A stretch of DNA of 64,000 bases, taken from assembly GCA_041640595.1 (NCBI GenBank), contig JBEPZY010000003.1, positions 180,773-244,772 of the forward strand. The letters are read 5' to 3'. Shown here one piece after another: positions 18,069 to 27,659 of the stretch (the first letter of the stretch is position 1; every line of letters starts with the position of its first letter). A model generated the notes under the pieces. The model saw only the letters and a list, made by a program, of their open reading frames with translations, was not told the origin of the DNA and made no database searches. The position numbers and the translations under genes are program-made. The stretch comes from Gemmatales bacterium (GTDB lineage Bacteria > Planctomycetota > Planctomycetia > Gemmatales > HRBIN36).

Positions 18069-19874
18069 CTACGCAGGCGTGCCTTCCGAATCGAGGCTGC
18101 CCGGTTTGCCGGACAGGAAATACACGGGCACTCCCAGAATCACCGGTACAGCAAAGATGGCCGATAGCCAGCCCGCATAGGTGATGCTGTTGTAAAGCAT
18201 CCACGCGCAGGTGAGGCAGAATAGAAACGGCACAAAGGGATAAAGTGGCGTTCGGAAAGGCCTGTCCCGCTGGGGCTCCAGTTCGCGGAGCTGGAAGAGC
18301 GAGAGTCCGGCCAGCAAGAAGAAGATCCAGAAAATCGGAGCGGTCGCGGCGACCAGTGTTCCGAACCCGCCGAAATACTGCCGCCAGGGTATTTCCACTC
18401 GCCAGGCCGACAGAGATTCTCCGTGAGCGTTGCGGAGCGTTAGCTGCCGGACCGAGAGCTCCGCCAGTTGCCAATTCTCTTTCAGCAACGTCCGCCACTG
18501 GTCGGGAACCGGTGGATCGGCAGTGGGCTGATTTTCCGAATCCGCCTGGAAGCGCAGGCTATTCTGCTGCAGGTGCACCTGACCGCGCACGGCCAATTTG
18601 CCTTCGGCGTGGATGGCAAAAGTCCCTCGCAACAGAGGCGAAGGTGAGTCTGGGGTATTTCGATCAGCCGGGAGCAATTGGATTTCCAGCATTCCCTGAG
18701 TGTTTTCCCACTGGCCGTTCAGCAAACCCGCGGCATCGTTGGGCATACCCCGCAGCAGATAGCGAGCATGGCCCACCAGACTGTCCACGAAGCGGCGACC
18801 AGGCTCCGTACCAACTGCGCCAATCATCGCCAGGGCGATGATCCATTGCAAAAGCAGCGACCAGTGGGGCGAACCAAGCCGGGGATGCCATTGCGCCAGC
18901 CAGGCAAAGACCCGATGCTCTGCTCCCAGCGCCGAATAAATCCGTGCCCCGGTGAAAATCAAGCCGTTCACTGCTCCCAGGGCCGAAACGATGATGATCA
19001 AGTGCATGGTGGCCGAACCGGATTTACCGAGAAATTGGTTCAGCAAACGCCCCGGCACATCCCCTTTCTGCACACCGTCGTACCCGAGACCGAGCAGGTA
19101 GGCGAGGTTGACCAGCAGATAAATGATCGTGATCAGCCCCACGCCGAGGAACAGCGCCAGCGGCAAGTTGCGGCGGAGATTACGCACTTCTCCGGCCACG
19201 AAGGCGGCATCGTTCCAGCCACCGTAGGCGTACAGCACCATGATCATGGCAAAACCGAAACCGAGCGGCCCGGCAGTGTGCTGTGCCGGCACGGTCAGGG
19301 CGTCAGGTTTGGCCAGGAGAAATCCGGCCACGATAATGCTGCCCAGTCCCAGCACCTTGACCACGCTCAAGAGGTTTTGCGTCCACTTGCCGAACACCAC
19401 TCCGGCGATGTTGAGCAGCGACAACACGGTCACGCTCGCCGCTGCCAGCAGAGCCCGCCGGTTTTCCGACACCCCGGGATGGGATTGATTGGAGTCGGCA
19501 AAGAACAGTTGGTCGGCGGCATTGGCAAACACAAAAGCCATCGAGCCGATGCTTGCCGTCAGAATCGCCGTCAACTGTGCCCAGCCGAACAAAAATCCCG
19601 TCAACCGTCCAAATGCTCGCGTCAGGTAAACATAATCGCCACCGATACGAGGATAAGTTGTCCCCAGCTCGGCATAAACAAACGCCCCAACCAGAGCCAG
19701 CATTCCTCCCAGGAACCAGGCGAACAAACCCATCCAGGGCCCGCTCACGTTACTGAAAATCAGCGGTGGAACCTCGTAGATGCTCGAACCGATAACGATA
19801 CCCACAATGATACACACCGCATCGAACAAACTCAGCGAGGCACGCGGTTCCCCAGGTCGTTGCCGATTTTCCAT
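18069..19874 (-). CDS. APC-family amino acid permease with a large soluble insertion
   Basis: 'IVGIVIGSSIY', 'YAELGT..P..GGDY.YL', 'LYAYGGWN' and 'RPFRTPLYP'. Confidence 0.9.
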   Translation of the reverse strand: MENRQRPGEPRASLSLFDAVCIIVGIVIGSSIYEVPPLIFSNVSGPWMGLFAWFLGGMLALVGAFVYAELGTTYPRIGGDYVYLTRAFGRLTGFLFGWAQLTAILTASIGSMAFVFANAADQLFFADSNQSHPGVSENRRALLAAASVTVLSLLNIAGVVFGKWTQNLLSVVKVLGLGSIIVAGFLLAKPDALTVPAQHTAGPLGFGFAMIMVLYAYGGWNDAAFVAGEVRNLRRNLPLALFLGVGLITIIYLLVNLAYLLGLGYDGVQKGDVPGRLLNQFLGKSGSATMHLIIIVSALGAVNGLIFTGARIYSALGAEHRVFAWLAQWHPRLGSPHWSLLLQWIIALAMIGAVGTEPGRRFVDSLVGHARYLLRGMPNDAAGLLNGQWENTQGMLEIQLLPADRNTPDSPSPLLRGTFAIHAEGKLAVRGQVHLQQNSLRFQADSENQPTADPPVPDQWRTLLKENWQLAELSVRQLTLRNAHGESLSAWRVEIPWRQYFGGFGTLVAATAPIFWIFFLLAGLSLFQLRELEPQRDRPFRTPLYPFVPFLFCLTCAWMLYNSITYAGWLSAIFAVPVILGVPVYFLSGKPGSLDSEGTPA

Positions 19875-20229
19875 AAGTTTACCTTTCGTATGAGCGGGAT
19901 AGCTGTGCAGGCCCTGGGCCGACCGTTATTCGGAATCGCACTCAGCCCGGCCAGTTGTTAGTGTCGCCAGGCCACTGTGGATAGCCGGATAACGCTCGGC
20001 TGGCCCAGGGGTCCTCTCCTTCGACCACACATGGAGACTCTTGCAGGTGTGGGCTTACGGTTCCCGTTTATTGTTAGCCCGATTGCCCCGGCAAGCGTAT
20101 CGCTACCTGCGAAGGTATAAGTCGCTAGTGTAAGAGACGATGGGTCGGTCGCCAATGTTCCCGCGCTGGCGCGATAATTTCGCCGATCATTCGTCTTCGC
20201 TCCCGGTCTGCAGCGGAGACGGTTCGGCT

Positions 20230-21254
20230 TCAAGATGCAGCAGCTTGCGAGGCTCTTTTCGCACTGCTGAGGAAAGCGTCGGCAATCCAGGTATCGAGGA
20301 GCAGTTGCCCCACATGGTAAAAAAGCATCGGGACAATCGCCAGGGGCAGGTTGGCAAAGTAAGTGGTGGCGATTTGCAGACTGACGGGCAAAGTTTTCTG
20401 GCTACCGGCAAAAGCGACGGCGATCCGCTGCCCGCGGTCGAACCGCAACCAAAATGCGCCTTGCCAGGCCATCAGCAGAGCCGCCAGATGCAGTCCCGGT
20501 GCCACCACCAATGACAGCAGCACAGGAAACAGTTGTTCCCGCCAGGCATTTTTGCCGAGGCGCAGTCCGATCATGGTTACCGCCTGCAGAATCACCATCA
20601 GGATCAGCAAGCGAGCCAGCACGCTGAGGAAACCCCGGCCCCGCTCGGCCAGTCGGCGCACTGTCGTACTGGTACGCAACAATTGAGCGATCACCAGCGG
20701 CCCGACTAACACGAAAAGCAAGTCGGCCATCAAGAGCCATGCGTCCAGTGATACCTCTGCGCCGAGCGAAAACGCCAGCCAGCTGGTGGTGAACAACCAG
20801 GCGGTGTTGCTGCTGACCACCGTGACGACGATGGCGGTTGCTTCATTGCCCCCGGCCAGACGGGTCCAGATGGCCGCAGATGCCAGCGTGCAGGGAACGG
20901 CCGTGCAGACCACGATCCCGACCCCATACTCCGGATAACCGCCAACGCGAAAAAGCCAGCCCGCAGCAAGACCGCCGACGGGTAAAACGCCGTAGCTGAT
21001 GAACATGCCCATAACACCGGCCCAGGACGCAACGCAGCTGCCAGAAGTTGCCGCAAGGGTAAACCCAGCGTCGTCAGCAGCGTTACCAGCGCAATGTTCC
21101 ACCGCGGCGAAATCTTGCCCAACCAGGGAGAGATTGCTTCTGCTTCCAGCAGGCAAACCAGGACACCAAGCCCGACCGTTACCACAAACCACCGGGAACG
21201 CAATCTCTCCCACAACTGACATGCTCGTTTTGCTACGACGCTGTCAAGCCCCAT
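20230..21254 (-). pseudogene. Bile acid:sodium symporter (BASS/SBF-like) split by a 1-nt frameshift near 21003
   Basis: The N-half 'RWFVVTVGLG...LRPGPVLWAC' is in one frame. The C-half 'FISYGVLP...VPCTLASAAIWTRLAGGN...GSQKTL' is in another. Either a true pseudogene or a sequencing error. Confidence 0.75.
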
Positions 21255-21481
21255 CGAGTTCTCCTGAGCAAAATCCCGACTGGCGACCGGTAGAACGAAG
21301 GCCACGAAAGTCAGCAAGGGTCTTCGGCTGACCTTCACTTTTCTGTGCAAGTATCCGTTCGGGCGACACCATCCAGGCGACAAGTCATCGTTATGGCACG
21401 GAGATGGTAGCTGCAAGTGCTACGCGGCGCCGGGATGCCTTACGATTTTGCGTTTTCAACTGCGCCGACTATCCACAGGGC

Positions 21482-21490
21482 TGCTATTAT
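21482..21490 (+). promoter_or_regulatory. Extended -10-like element upstream of the candidate large ncRNA
   Basis: TG-C-TATTAT. No good -35 seen. Overlaps an ATGCAAG/CTTGCAT inverted repeat. Confidence 0.4.
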
Positions 21491-22760
21491 GCAAGACTGC
21501 TATCGCGGCCCAGCTTGCATTTCGAGCGCACGCACCTAACCCCCACCCAAGGTCTGTTTCGGCCGGAAACAATTGCCGTTGCGCCAACGAGTTCGCATTG
21601 GCCGAGGGAACGCAAAGCGAGTTCGCGGCAAGGACGTCGAGCCGTCAATCCAAACCGGACAGCGGTAAATCATCTCGAAACCTGATCCGCCCACAAAGCA
21701 CCAGTAGCCACAACCGTCGAGCCACAAAGCCGGTAGCGGTAGGTGGTCGCGGCCTCCGGTAGTCGAGGGTTGGTACCCGTGCACCCGGCACCAGTACCGT
21801 CCCGCGGTAACGGTACGTCATCGCGGGCTTCGCTAGTGGACGTGTGCATTACGCTGTCGGGCCGTTGAAGGCGGGCAGGAAACCGAGGAAGTACCCTCCG
21901 TGGGTTGCTGAAACTTATAGCTGGTAGAGCATCGAAGGCAGGTGGGAAAGCCGGGCCGCTCGCGGTTCCGCATTTTCACCGCGGTTTTGCCAACCGCTTG
22001 CGATGATAAGCATGCCCGGCTCGAAGAGCCACGCCAACCCGTCTGGTGCGAAGCGAGGTGTTTCAAATCGGGCAACCGCACCTGGTCGGTGAAAGGTCCG
22101 TCAGCCTGGCTACGGGCCTATCTCACGGCTGGGGACTTCGCCGAGTCCATGGGGATTGCCTGGGGACGCATCAGGCTTGCACGAAAAACGGGCAACAAAG
22201 CATTACCCCTGCTAATAGTAATGGTTCACCTGTTGCCGGGCTTCACAGTCGTGCCCGCAACATGCGGTGGAACAGCCCACCAGCAAGGACGCATCTGTTT
22301 TCGGCTTGGCTTTTGCACACTGGTACGCCCGCGCGATTGGTCGCTTGGAAGAGCCCGCCTACCCTCGTAGTGGGGTATCGGGGGAAGGTGGCCTCGCAAG
22401 CTTGCGCGATAGGTCGCTCGGAAGAGCACTGTCAGCGCAGCTGCAGGGCAGAGCTAACTGCGCTGTGGCAGGGATGCCAAATACGAAAGGCATTCGAAGC
22501 GAGCGCCGTTCTGAGCAGGGACGCTGCCGTCCTGATGTCGCATGTCAGGAAGGTAGTGCAACCGGAAAAGGCAAACCCATTTTGAGGAGGTCGAACCAGT
22601 CGTCCTGATGTCGCGTGGCAGGAACGGGAATGCGACGGTGAAGGCAATCGTCCGACAAGGAACAAGGGTTGCTCGAAAACGCAATCGCCACCTGCGGGGC
22701 CGCCCGGCCTGAGCTGGGTCATGGGAGAGGTGGCTCGGCGGGTCGGTGCGGCCCTTTCTA
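21490..22760 (+). ncRNA. Candidate giant structured non-coding RNA (~1.27 kb), family unrecognised
   Basis: No credible ORF. More than 15 local hairpins, a pseudoknot at 21794-21827, a long-range helix GCAGGTGG(21938)/CCACCTGC(22688), two duplicated 24-nt modules, and a terminal hairpin followed by TTTCT. Ends are approximate. Confidence 0.65.
22697..22759 (+). terminator. Long GC-rich terminal hairpin followed by TTTCT
   Basis: GGGCCGC-CCGGCCT-GAGCTG ... TGGCTC-GGC-GGGTCGG-T-GCGGCCC then TTTCT. Confidence 0.5.
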
Positions 22761-23084
22761 GTAACGGAACTGGCTGGGAAAAACGTTGCTCAAAGCCTTG
22801 CCTTCATTATGAGCACTTGGCCGAATCCTTCAGGATATCAAGCACTCACAGCGATGCTAGCCAGGAGTTTCCTCGGTTTACAGCCGCACAGGCGCACGCA
22901 ACTTTGTATTGAGGCCGGGTGCACAGAGCACTGCCACTAACCGCTAACCCTAGGGGATTAAAGCTTTGAGTGGTTCCAGGGCCAGTGTTGTGTACCGAGG
23001 CCCATTGTTTTGACCCTGATGCTGCCCCGAATAATTCATTCAAGCAGAGACCATTTTTGCACTCCTGGACCGGAGTAACAAGCC

Positions 23085-23426
23085 ATGACTGCTTTTCAAT
23101 GGGTGGTCGTACCGGTTTTATTGGGCCTCTTTGCCTGGGATGTCTGGCATTTGGGTAAGGGGCCGCTCACTACCGGTAGCCGGCTGATGCGCATGTTTTT
23201 GTGGCTGACGGCAGCGGTAGCGATCCTGCGCCCCGACTGGGTCCAGGCTATCGCTCAGATGCTGGGGATCGGTTTGGGAGCGAACCTGGTGCTGTACCTG
23301 TTCGCATTGGCGTTTTTGTGGACGAGCTTTTTCCTATATGCACGCATTGTGCGATTGCGGCAGGATTTGACAGAAGTGGTGCGGCAACTGGCATGGATGC
23401 GAGCCCGCCGTGGCCAGCTGTCTTGA
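23085..23426 (+). CDS. Small membrane protein, DUF2304-like
   Basis: Three hydrophobic segments, 'IAQMLGIGLGANLVLY' and 'LTEVVRQLA'. GGAG RBS. Confidence 0.7.
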   Translation: MTAFQWVVVPVLLGLFAWDVWHLGKGPLTTGSRLMRMFLWLTAAVAILRPDWVQAIAQMLGIGLGANLVLYLFALAFLWTSFFLYARIVRLRQDLTEVVRQLAWMRARRGQLS

Positions 23427-23499
23427 CGCTGAACGTTGTCCTGGCGAAAATGTCTTATGGAGTTTCCTGGAAGCAGGCCTGCAAAATGGAGGGTGAACC

Positions 23500-24159
23500 A
23501 TGCGAATCTGCCTGGCGCTACTTGGACTGGCACTGTGGCTCGGCACGACCGCAGCCGAGGAAATTCGTGGCCAATATGTCGAGGCGCGTACCTGCGATGT
23601 CTGGGTCGGAGCGTGCTTCGCCAATGCAGAAATGCACCAGACCGGGAAACATGCCACCCTGGCCTGGCACGTCGAACAGGGTACGCTGGACGGTGTGCGG
23701 CTGGACGGTTTGAGCGTAGTGGCCGTTGTGGAAGCACGGGAAACGCTTGGCCTGAAACAAACCGGACCGGGCAAGGCAGTCATCCTGGTGGACGAACGCG
23801 CCGATGCCCGGCAGCGCGAAGCCCTGGTGAAACTCGCCCGGACGCTCGGCGGTATCCTGACCGAACAAGTGGTGGCGGTCCGTTCTGCCCCGATCCAGGT
23901 GAGCGTGAATCGGTGCAGCGAAGGTGGATGTGCGTTAGTTGAGGCTGGCGTGGCCCGCATCGAAACCCGCTGCATTCACCCACACGAAGACAGCGTTTGC
24001 GGCCACGAAGATAACTTTTACGCACCACTGGCCAAAGGAGTGCACGCTCGCTCGGCTATGGTTACCGAGCATTCCTTTACCGGCACCGGTTTCGACAAGA
24101 CCTGGAAAGACGCCAACCGCCGCGGTGCCTACATCGGCACATTCAGCCTGCAAAACTGA
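23500..24159 (+). CDS. Secreted Cys-containing protein, DUF1326-like
   Basis: Signal peptide, 'GQYVEARTCDVWVGACFANAE', 'G.LDGV.LDGL' and 'VDERADARQREAL'. GGAGG RBS. Confidence 0.75.
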   Translation: MRICLALLGLALWLGTTAAEEIRGQYVEARTCDVWVGACFANAEMHQTGKHATLAWHVEQGTLDGVRLDGLSVVAVVEARETLGLKQTGPGKAVILVDERADARQREALVKLARTLGGILTEQVVAVRSAPIQVSVNRCSEGGCALVEAGVARIETRCIHPHEDSVCGHEDNFYAPLAKGVHARSAMVTEHSFTGTGFDKTWKDANRRGAYIGTFSLQN

Positions 24160-24517
24160 TTCTGCTGCCCCACGGCGAAACCTGGCCTACCGCTTTTCCC
24201 AAACAATCCACTGCGCCAGAATTACGTTGCCTTCTGATTTTTCCCGCATTATTTTCCTCGGTGGCATAAGGGGCCCAGGTCTATCCCCTGACCGCCTTCT
24301 CACAAACCAGACGAGCGCCTGTTTCTTCAAAGAAGCGGATGCACTCCCGGTGTGCCTGACGCCCGCCTGAACGACCTTTTCTTGGCCCCGCCAATAGGTG
24401 TGAGATCGGGCAAGGCATTTTGCGAAACCGCGAGCAGGGGAAGCGCTGCTTCCCCTTCATTTTTGCACCGCTTTCTGAGAACGGGCTGGAAGCGATACGG
24501 CATATACGGAGGGAACA

Positions 24518-25207
24518 ATGTCCCCGCAACTTTTGCTGCGAGCGATGGTGGCGATACTGGGAGTCGTGTGGCCAGCATCTCTTCTTTTTGGCCAGGCTGG
24601 TGGATATTCCGTCAAGGTGGAGAAATTAGACCCACCAAAGGAAGTAGCTCCTGAGGTTGCTAAGGTGTTATCCGCGCAGGCTCTGCGTGTGCTCGACAAG
24701 CAAGGGCAGGTGCTGTGCGAAATCTGGTTGCGGGAGACGGTGCCGCTGGCGAAACCTCCCGCCGGCGATGCGGCGCGTTACCGCGACCTGGCCGAGACTA
24801 CCTTGCTGGGAGTCATTCGCTGGGTGCAGCCGGGCAGCGATTATCGTAAGCAGAAAATTAAGCCCGGCGTTTACACGCTGCGTCTGGCCTATCAGCCGGA
24901 AGATGGCGATCACATGGGCACAGCTCCGTACACGGAGTTCCTCCTGCTCACGCCGCACCATCTGGATAAATCTCCCGCAGCGCTCGACAGTCCAAAAGAC
25001 CTGCACGATCTCAGTGCCAAAGCAGCCGGCAGCAACCACCCGGCGGTGTTTCTGCTTTTCCCGGCCAAACCGCTGGCCCAGCCGGAAATCCGAGATCATG
25101 GCAACGGCCATTTTGTTTTGCACACCAGTATCCCGGCGGTCATCAACGGCAAAAAAGTGATTCTGCCGATCGCGTTGACCATCGTCGGTCATTCGTCGGC
25201 GGGCTAG
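24518..25207 (+). CDS. Conserved secreted hypothetical protein
   Basis: Signal peptide, 'DYRKQKIKPGVYTLR...QPEDGDHMG' and 'HPAVF'. GGAGG RBS. Confidence 0.75.
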   Translation: MSPQLLLRAMVAILGVVWPASLLFGQAGGYSVKVEKLDPPKEVAPEVAKVLSAQALRVLDKQGQVLCEIWLRETVPLAKPPAGDAARYRDLAETTLLGVIRWVQPGSDYRKQKIKPGVYTLRLAYQPEDGDHMGTAPYTEFLLLTPHHLDKSPAALDSPKDLHDLSAKAAGSNHPAVFLLFPAKPLAQPEIRDHGNGHFVLHTSIPAVINGKKVILPIALTIVGHSSAG

Positions 25208-25317
25208 TGCTCTGCTGCGGCTCTATCCTTGAACATCCTGCTGCGTAGCATTGTTTTGCGCCAGGGTATGTCCGAATTTGAACCGGCAGAGTCGGCGGAA
25301 CAAATTGCGAGGGCATC

Positions 25318-26331
25318 ATGATTGTCGTCATGAAACCGGATGCTACCGACGAACAGATCCGCCACGTGATTCAACGGATCGAGGAACTGGGCCTGAAAAG
25401 CCACCCGATTCGCGGTCAATATTTGACCGTGGTTGCGGTGATCGGCGATGAGCCGGAACCGGTGCGACAGGCGTTGGCTACCGCGGATGGCGTCGAGAAG
25501 GTGGTTCCGATCCTGGCTCCGTACAAGCTCGCCAGTCGGGAGGTGAAAGCGGAGCGGACAGTGGTTCGGGCCAGGACACTGGAGATCGGTGGCGGGCGCG
25601 TTGGCGTCATTGCCGGGCCTTGCTCTGTCGAGACTCGCGACCAGATTTTGCAAACCGCCGAGGCTGTGCGCGAAGCAGGTGCCTGTGCCCTGCGCGGGGG
25701 CGCTTTCAAACCACGCACCAGTCCCTATTCCTTCCAGGGACTCAAAACGAAAGGCTTGGAACTGCTGGCCGAAGCACGCGAACGAACCGGATTAGCGATC
25801 GTTACCGAAGTGCTGGCGCCCGAACACGTCCCTATCCTGGCCGAATTCGCTGACGTCTTGCAGGTTGGCGCACGAAACATGCAAAATTTCCCGTTACTGG
25901 AAGCCGTGGGCCAGTCCGGCTTGCCTGTGCTGCTGAAGCGAGGACCCGCGGCCACGATTGAGGAATTCCTGCTGGCCGCCGAATACATACTCAAAACCGG
26001 CAACTCGCAGGTGATCCTTTGCGAGCGTGGCATTCGCACCTTTGAAGACCACGTTCGCTTCACGCTGCCGTTAGCCAGTGTCCCCTGGTTGCATCAGCAT
26101 ACGCACCTGCCGGTCATCGTCGATCCCAGCCACGGCACAGGGCGAAGCTCGCTGGTTACCGCGATGGCACGTGCCGCTGTCGCCGCGGGTGCCGACGGGC
26201 TGATGATTGAAGTCCATCCCGATCCGGAACATGCCTGGAGCGACGGTGCCCAGAGTTTGACGCCGGCCCAGTTTCGACAGCTCATGCAGGAATGCCGCGC
26301 GGTCGCGGAAGCGCTTGGCCGAGCTTTGTAA
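25318..26331 (+). CDS. aroF: DAHP synthase, type I-beta with N-terminal regulatory domain
   Basis: 'IAGPCSVE', '[16 protein letters not shown]', 'QVGARNMQN', 'LCERGIRTF' and 'VDPSHGTG'. Confidence 0.96.
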   Translation: MIVVMKPDATDEQIRHVIQRIEELGLKSHPIRGQYLTVVAVIGDEPEPVRQALATADGVEKVVPILAPYKLASREVKAERTVVRARTLEIGGGRVGVIAGPCSVETRDQILQTAEAVREAGACALRGGAFKPRTSPYSFQGLKTKGLELLAEARERTGLAIVTEVLAPEHVPILAEFADVLQVGARNMQNFPLLEAVGQSGLPVLLKRGPAATIEEFLLAAEYILKTGNSQVILCERGIRTFEDHVRFTLPLASVPWLHQHTHLPVIVDPSHGTGRSSLVTAMARAAVAAGADGLMIEVHPDPEHAWSDGAQSLTPAQFRQLMQECRAVAEALGRAL

Positions 26332-26527
26332 ATTTGTTGCCCGGCCGCTCCGTGAGCTTCCGTTCCGCCGCCTTGCCTCGCCGAAGCCGATATAGCGAGC
26401 ATGGCTCGCAGGTTTTCGATTTCCCGGTTATGATGCGTACAATGAACTGCCAGCCGGGCCAAGGTTCGCGCCTGAGATTCACACACATGAGCCCGGCGCA
26501 TGCACGGAATTTTTGGACAAACCAGAT

Positions 26528-27637
26528 ATGTTTGTGGATCGCGTCGAGATTTACGTCAAAGGAGGAGATGGTGGTCGGGGCATAGTGAGCTTCCGCCGGG
26601 AAAAATACGTCCCGCGTGGCGGTCCCGATGGCGGCGACGGTGGCAAAGGGGGCGACGTCATCCTGCGGGCCGTGCCTGGAACCGATTCCCTGGCAGCTGT
26701 GGCACAACGCAAACATTACCGTGCCGAGTCCGGGAAACCCGGTGGCCCGAATAACCGCCACGGTGCTGACGGTCAGGACCTGATCATCCCCGTGCCTCCG
26801 GGTACGGTCGTGCGAGACCGCGACCGTGGCCATGTTTTGCGCGACTTAGTCCGTCCAGGCGAAGAGGTGGTCGTGGCTCGCGGTGGACGCGGCGGCCGTG
26901 GCAACAAGGCTTTCGCTACGCCAACCTTGCGGACGCCCCGCTTCGCTGAACCCGGCGAACCCGGCGAGGAACGCTGGCTTATCCTGGAGCTTAAACTAAT
27001 CGCCGACGTCGGCCTGCTCGGCTTGCCCAATGCCGGGAAATCTACTCTTTTAAGCCGCTTATCTCGCGCTAAGCCGGAAATCGCCGATTATCCTTTTACC
27101 ACTAAATATCCGAATCTCGGTCTGGTCGTTGTGGGAGAAGACCGATCCTTCGTCCTGGCCGACTTGCCTGGACTGATCGAAGGTGCCCACGCAGGCCACG
27201 GTTTGGGGCACGAATTCCTTCGTCACGTCGAACGTACCCGTGTCCTCGTTCATCTCGTGGAACCTTTTCCGGCAGATGGTTCCGACCCGCTCCACAATTA
27301 CCGAGTGATCCGCCGCGAGCTCGAATTGCATAATCCTGCCCTGGTGCACCGCCCGGAAATTATCGCGGTCTCGAAAGGCGATCTTCCGGGCAGTGAAGAA
27401 GTGCGCCAGCGACTGGCCAGTCAATTGCGGCGACCGGTCTTACTTATTTCCGCCGTCACCGGGTTAGGTTTATCGGACTTAGTGGCCCAGATTCTGCAAG
27501 TATTAGACCGGGAGCAGGCGCGAACGGCCGACACTGAGCCTGAGCCGGTGCGTTCTTCCTCGCCGGTTAGCCAGGAGATAACATCGCCGCCCACCGAACA
27601 GGAACAACCGGTTCTGAACAAGACCACTCCTGATTAG
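26528..27637 (+). CDS. obgE: GTPase ObgE/CgtA
   Basis: 'MFVDRVEIYVKGGDGG...FRREKYVPRGGPDGGDGG', 'GLPNAGKSTL', 'YPFTT' and 'DLPGLIEGA'. Confidence 0.97.
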   Translation: MFVDRVEIYVKGGDGGRGIVSFRREKYVPRGGPDGGDGGKGGDVILRAVPGTDSLAAVAQRKHYRAESGKPGGPNNRHGADGQDLIIPVPPGTVVRDRDRGHVLRDLVRPGEEVVVARGGRGGRGNKAFATPTLRTPRFAEPGEPGEERWLILELKLIADVGLLGLPNAGKSTLLSRLSRAKPEIADYPFTTKYPNLGLVVVGEDRSFVLADLPGLIEGAHAGHGLGHEFLRHVERTRVLVHLVEPFPADGSDPLHNYRVIRRELELHNPALVHRPEIIAVSKGDLPGSEEVRQRLASQLRRPVLLISAVTGLGLSDLVAQILQVLDREQARTADTEPEPVRSSSPVSQEITSPPTEQEQPVLNKTTPD

Positions 27638-27659
27638 TCGGACATAGCAAGGTCTAAAT

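Noticed and set aside
18678..19961. 427-aa + strand ORF
   Set aside because: Antisense shadow of the permease.
21661..21745. c-di-GMP-I riboswitch-like words (GGTAAA..GAAA..CAAAGC..GGTAGCGG)
   Set aside because: The stem flanking the GAAA loop does not pair as required, and no gene follows.
21490..22760. RNase P RNA, tmRNA, group II intron or rRNA fragment as the identity of the structured region
   Set aside because: I could not find GAGGAAAGUCC plus the 3' ACAGAA.CCGGCUUA of RNase P (only a loose GAGGAAGTACC), tRNA-like ends of tmRNA, a GUGYG start or domain V of group II introns, or rRNA universal motifs. A covariance search is still needed.
21404..22940. Short ORFs of 60-180 aa across the candidate RNA
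   Set aside because: They overlap in all frames, have Arg/Cys/Ser-rich non-protein-like composition, and show no RBS or recognisable motif.
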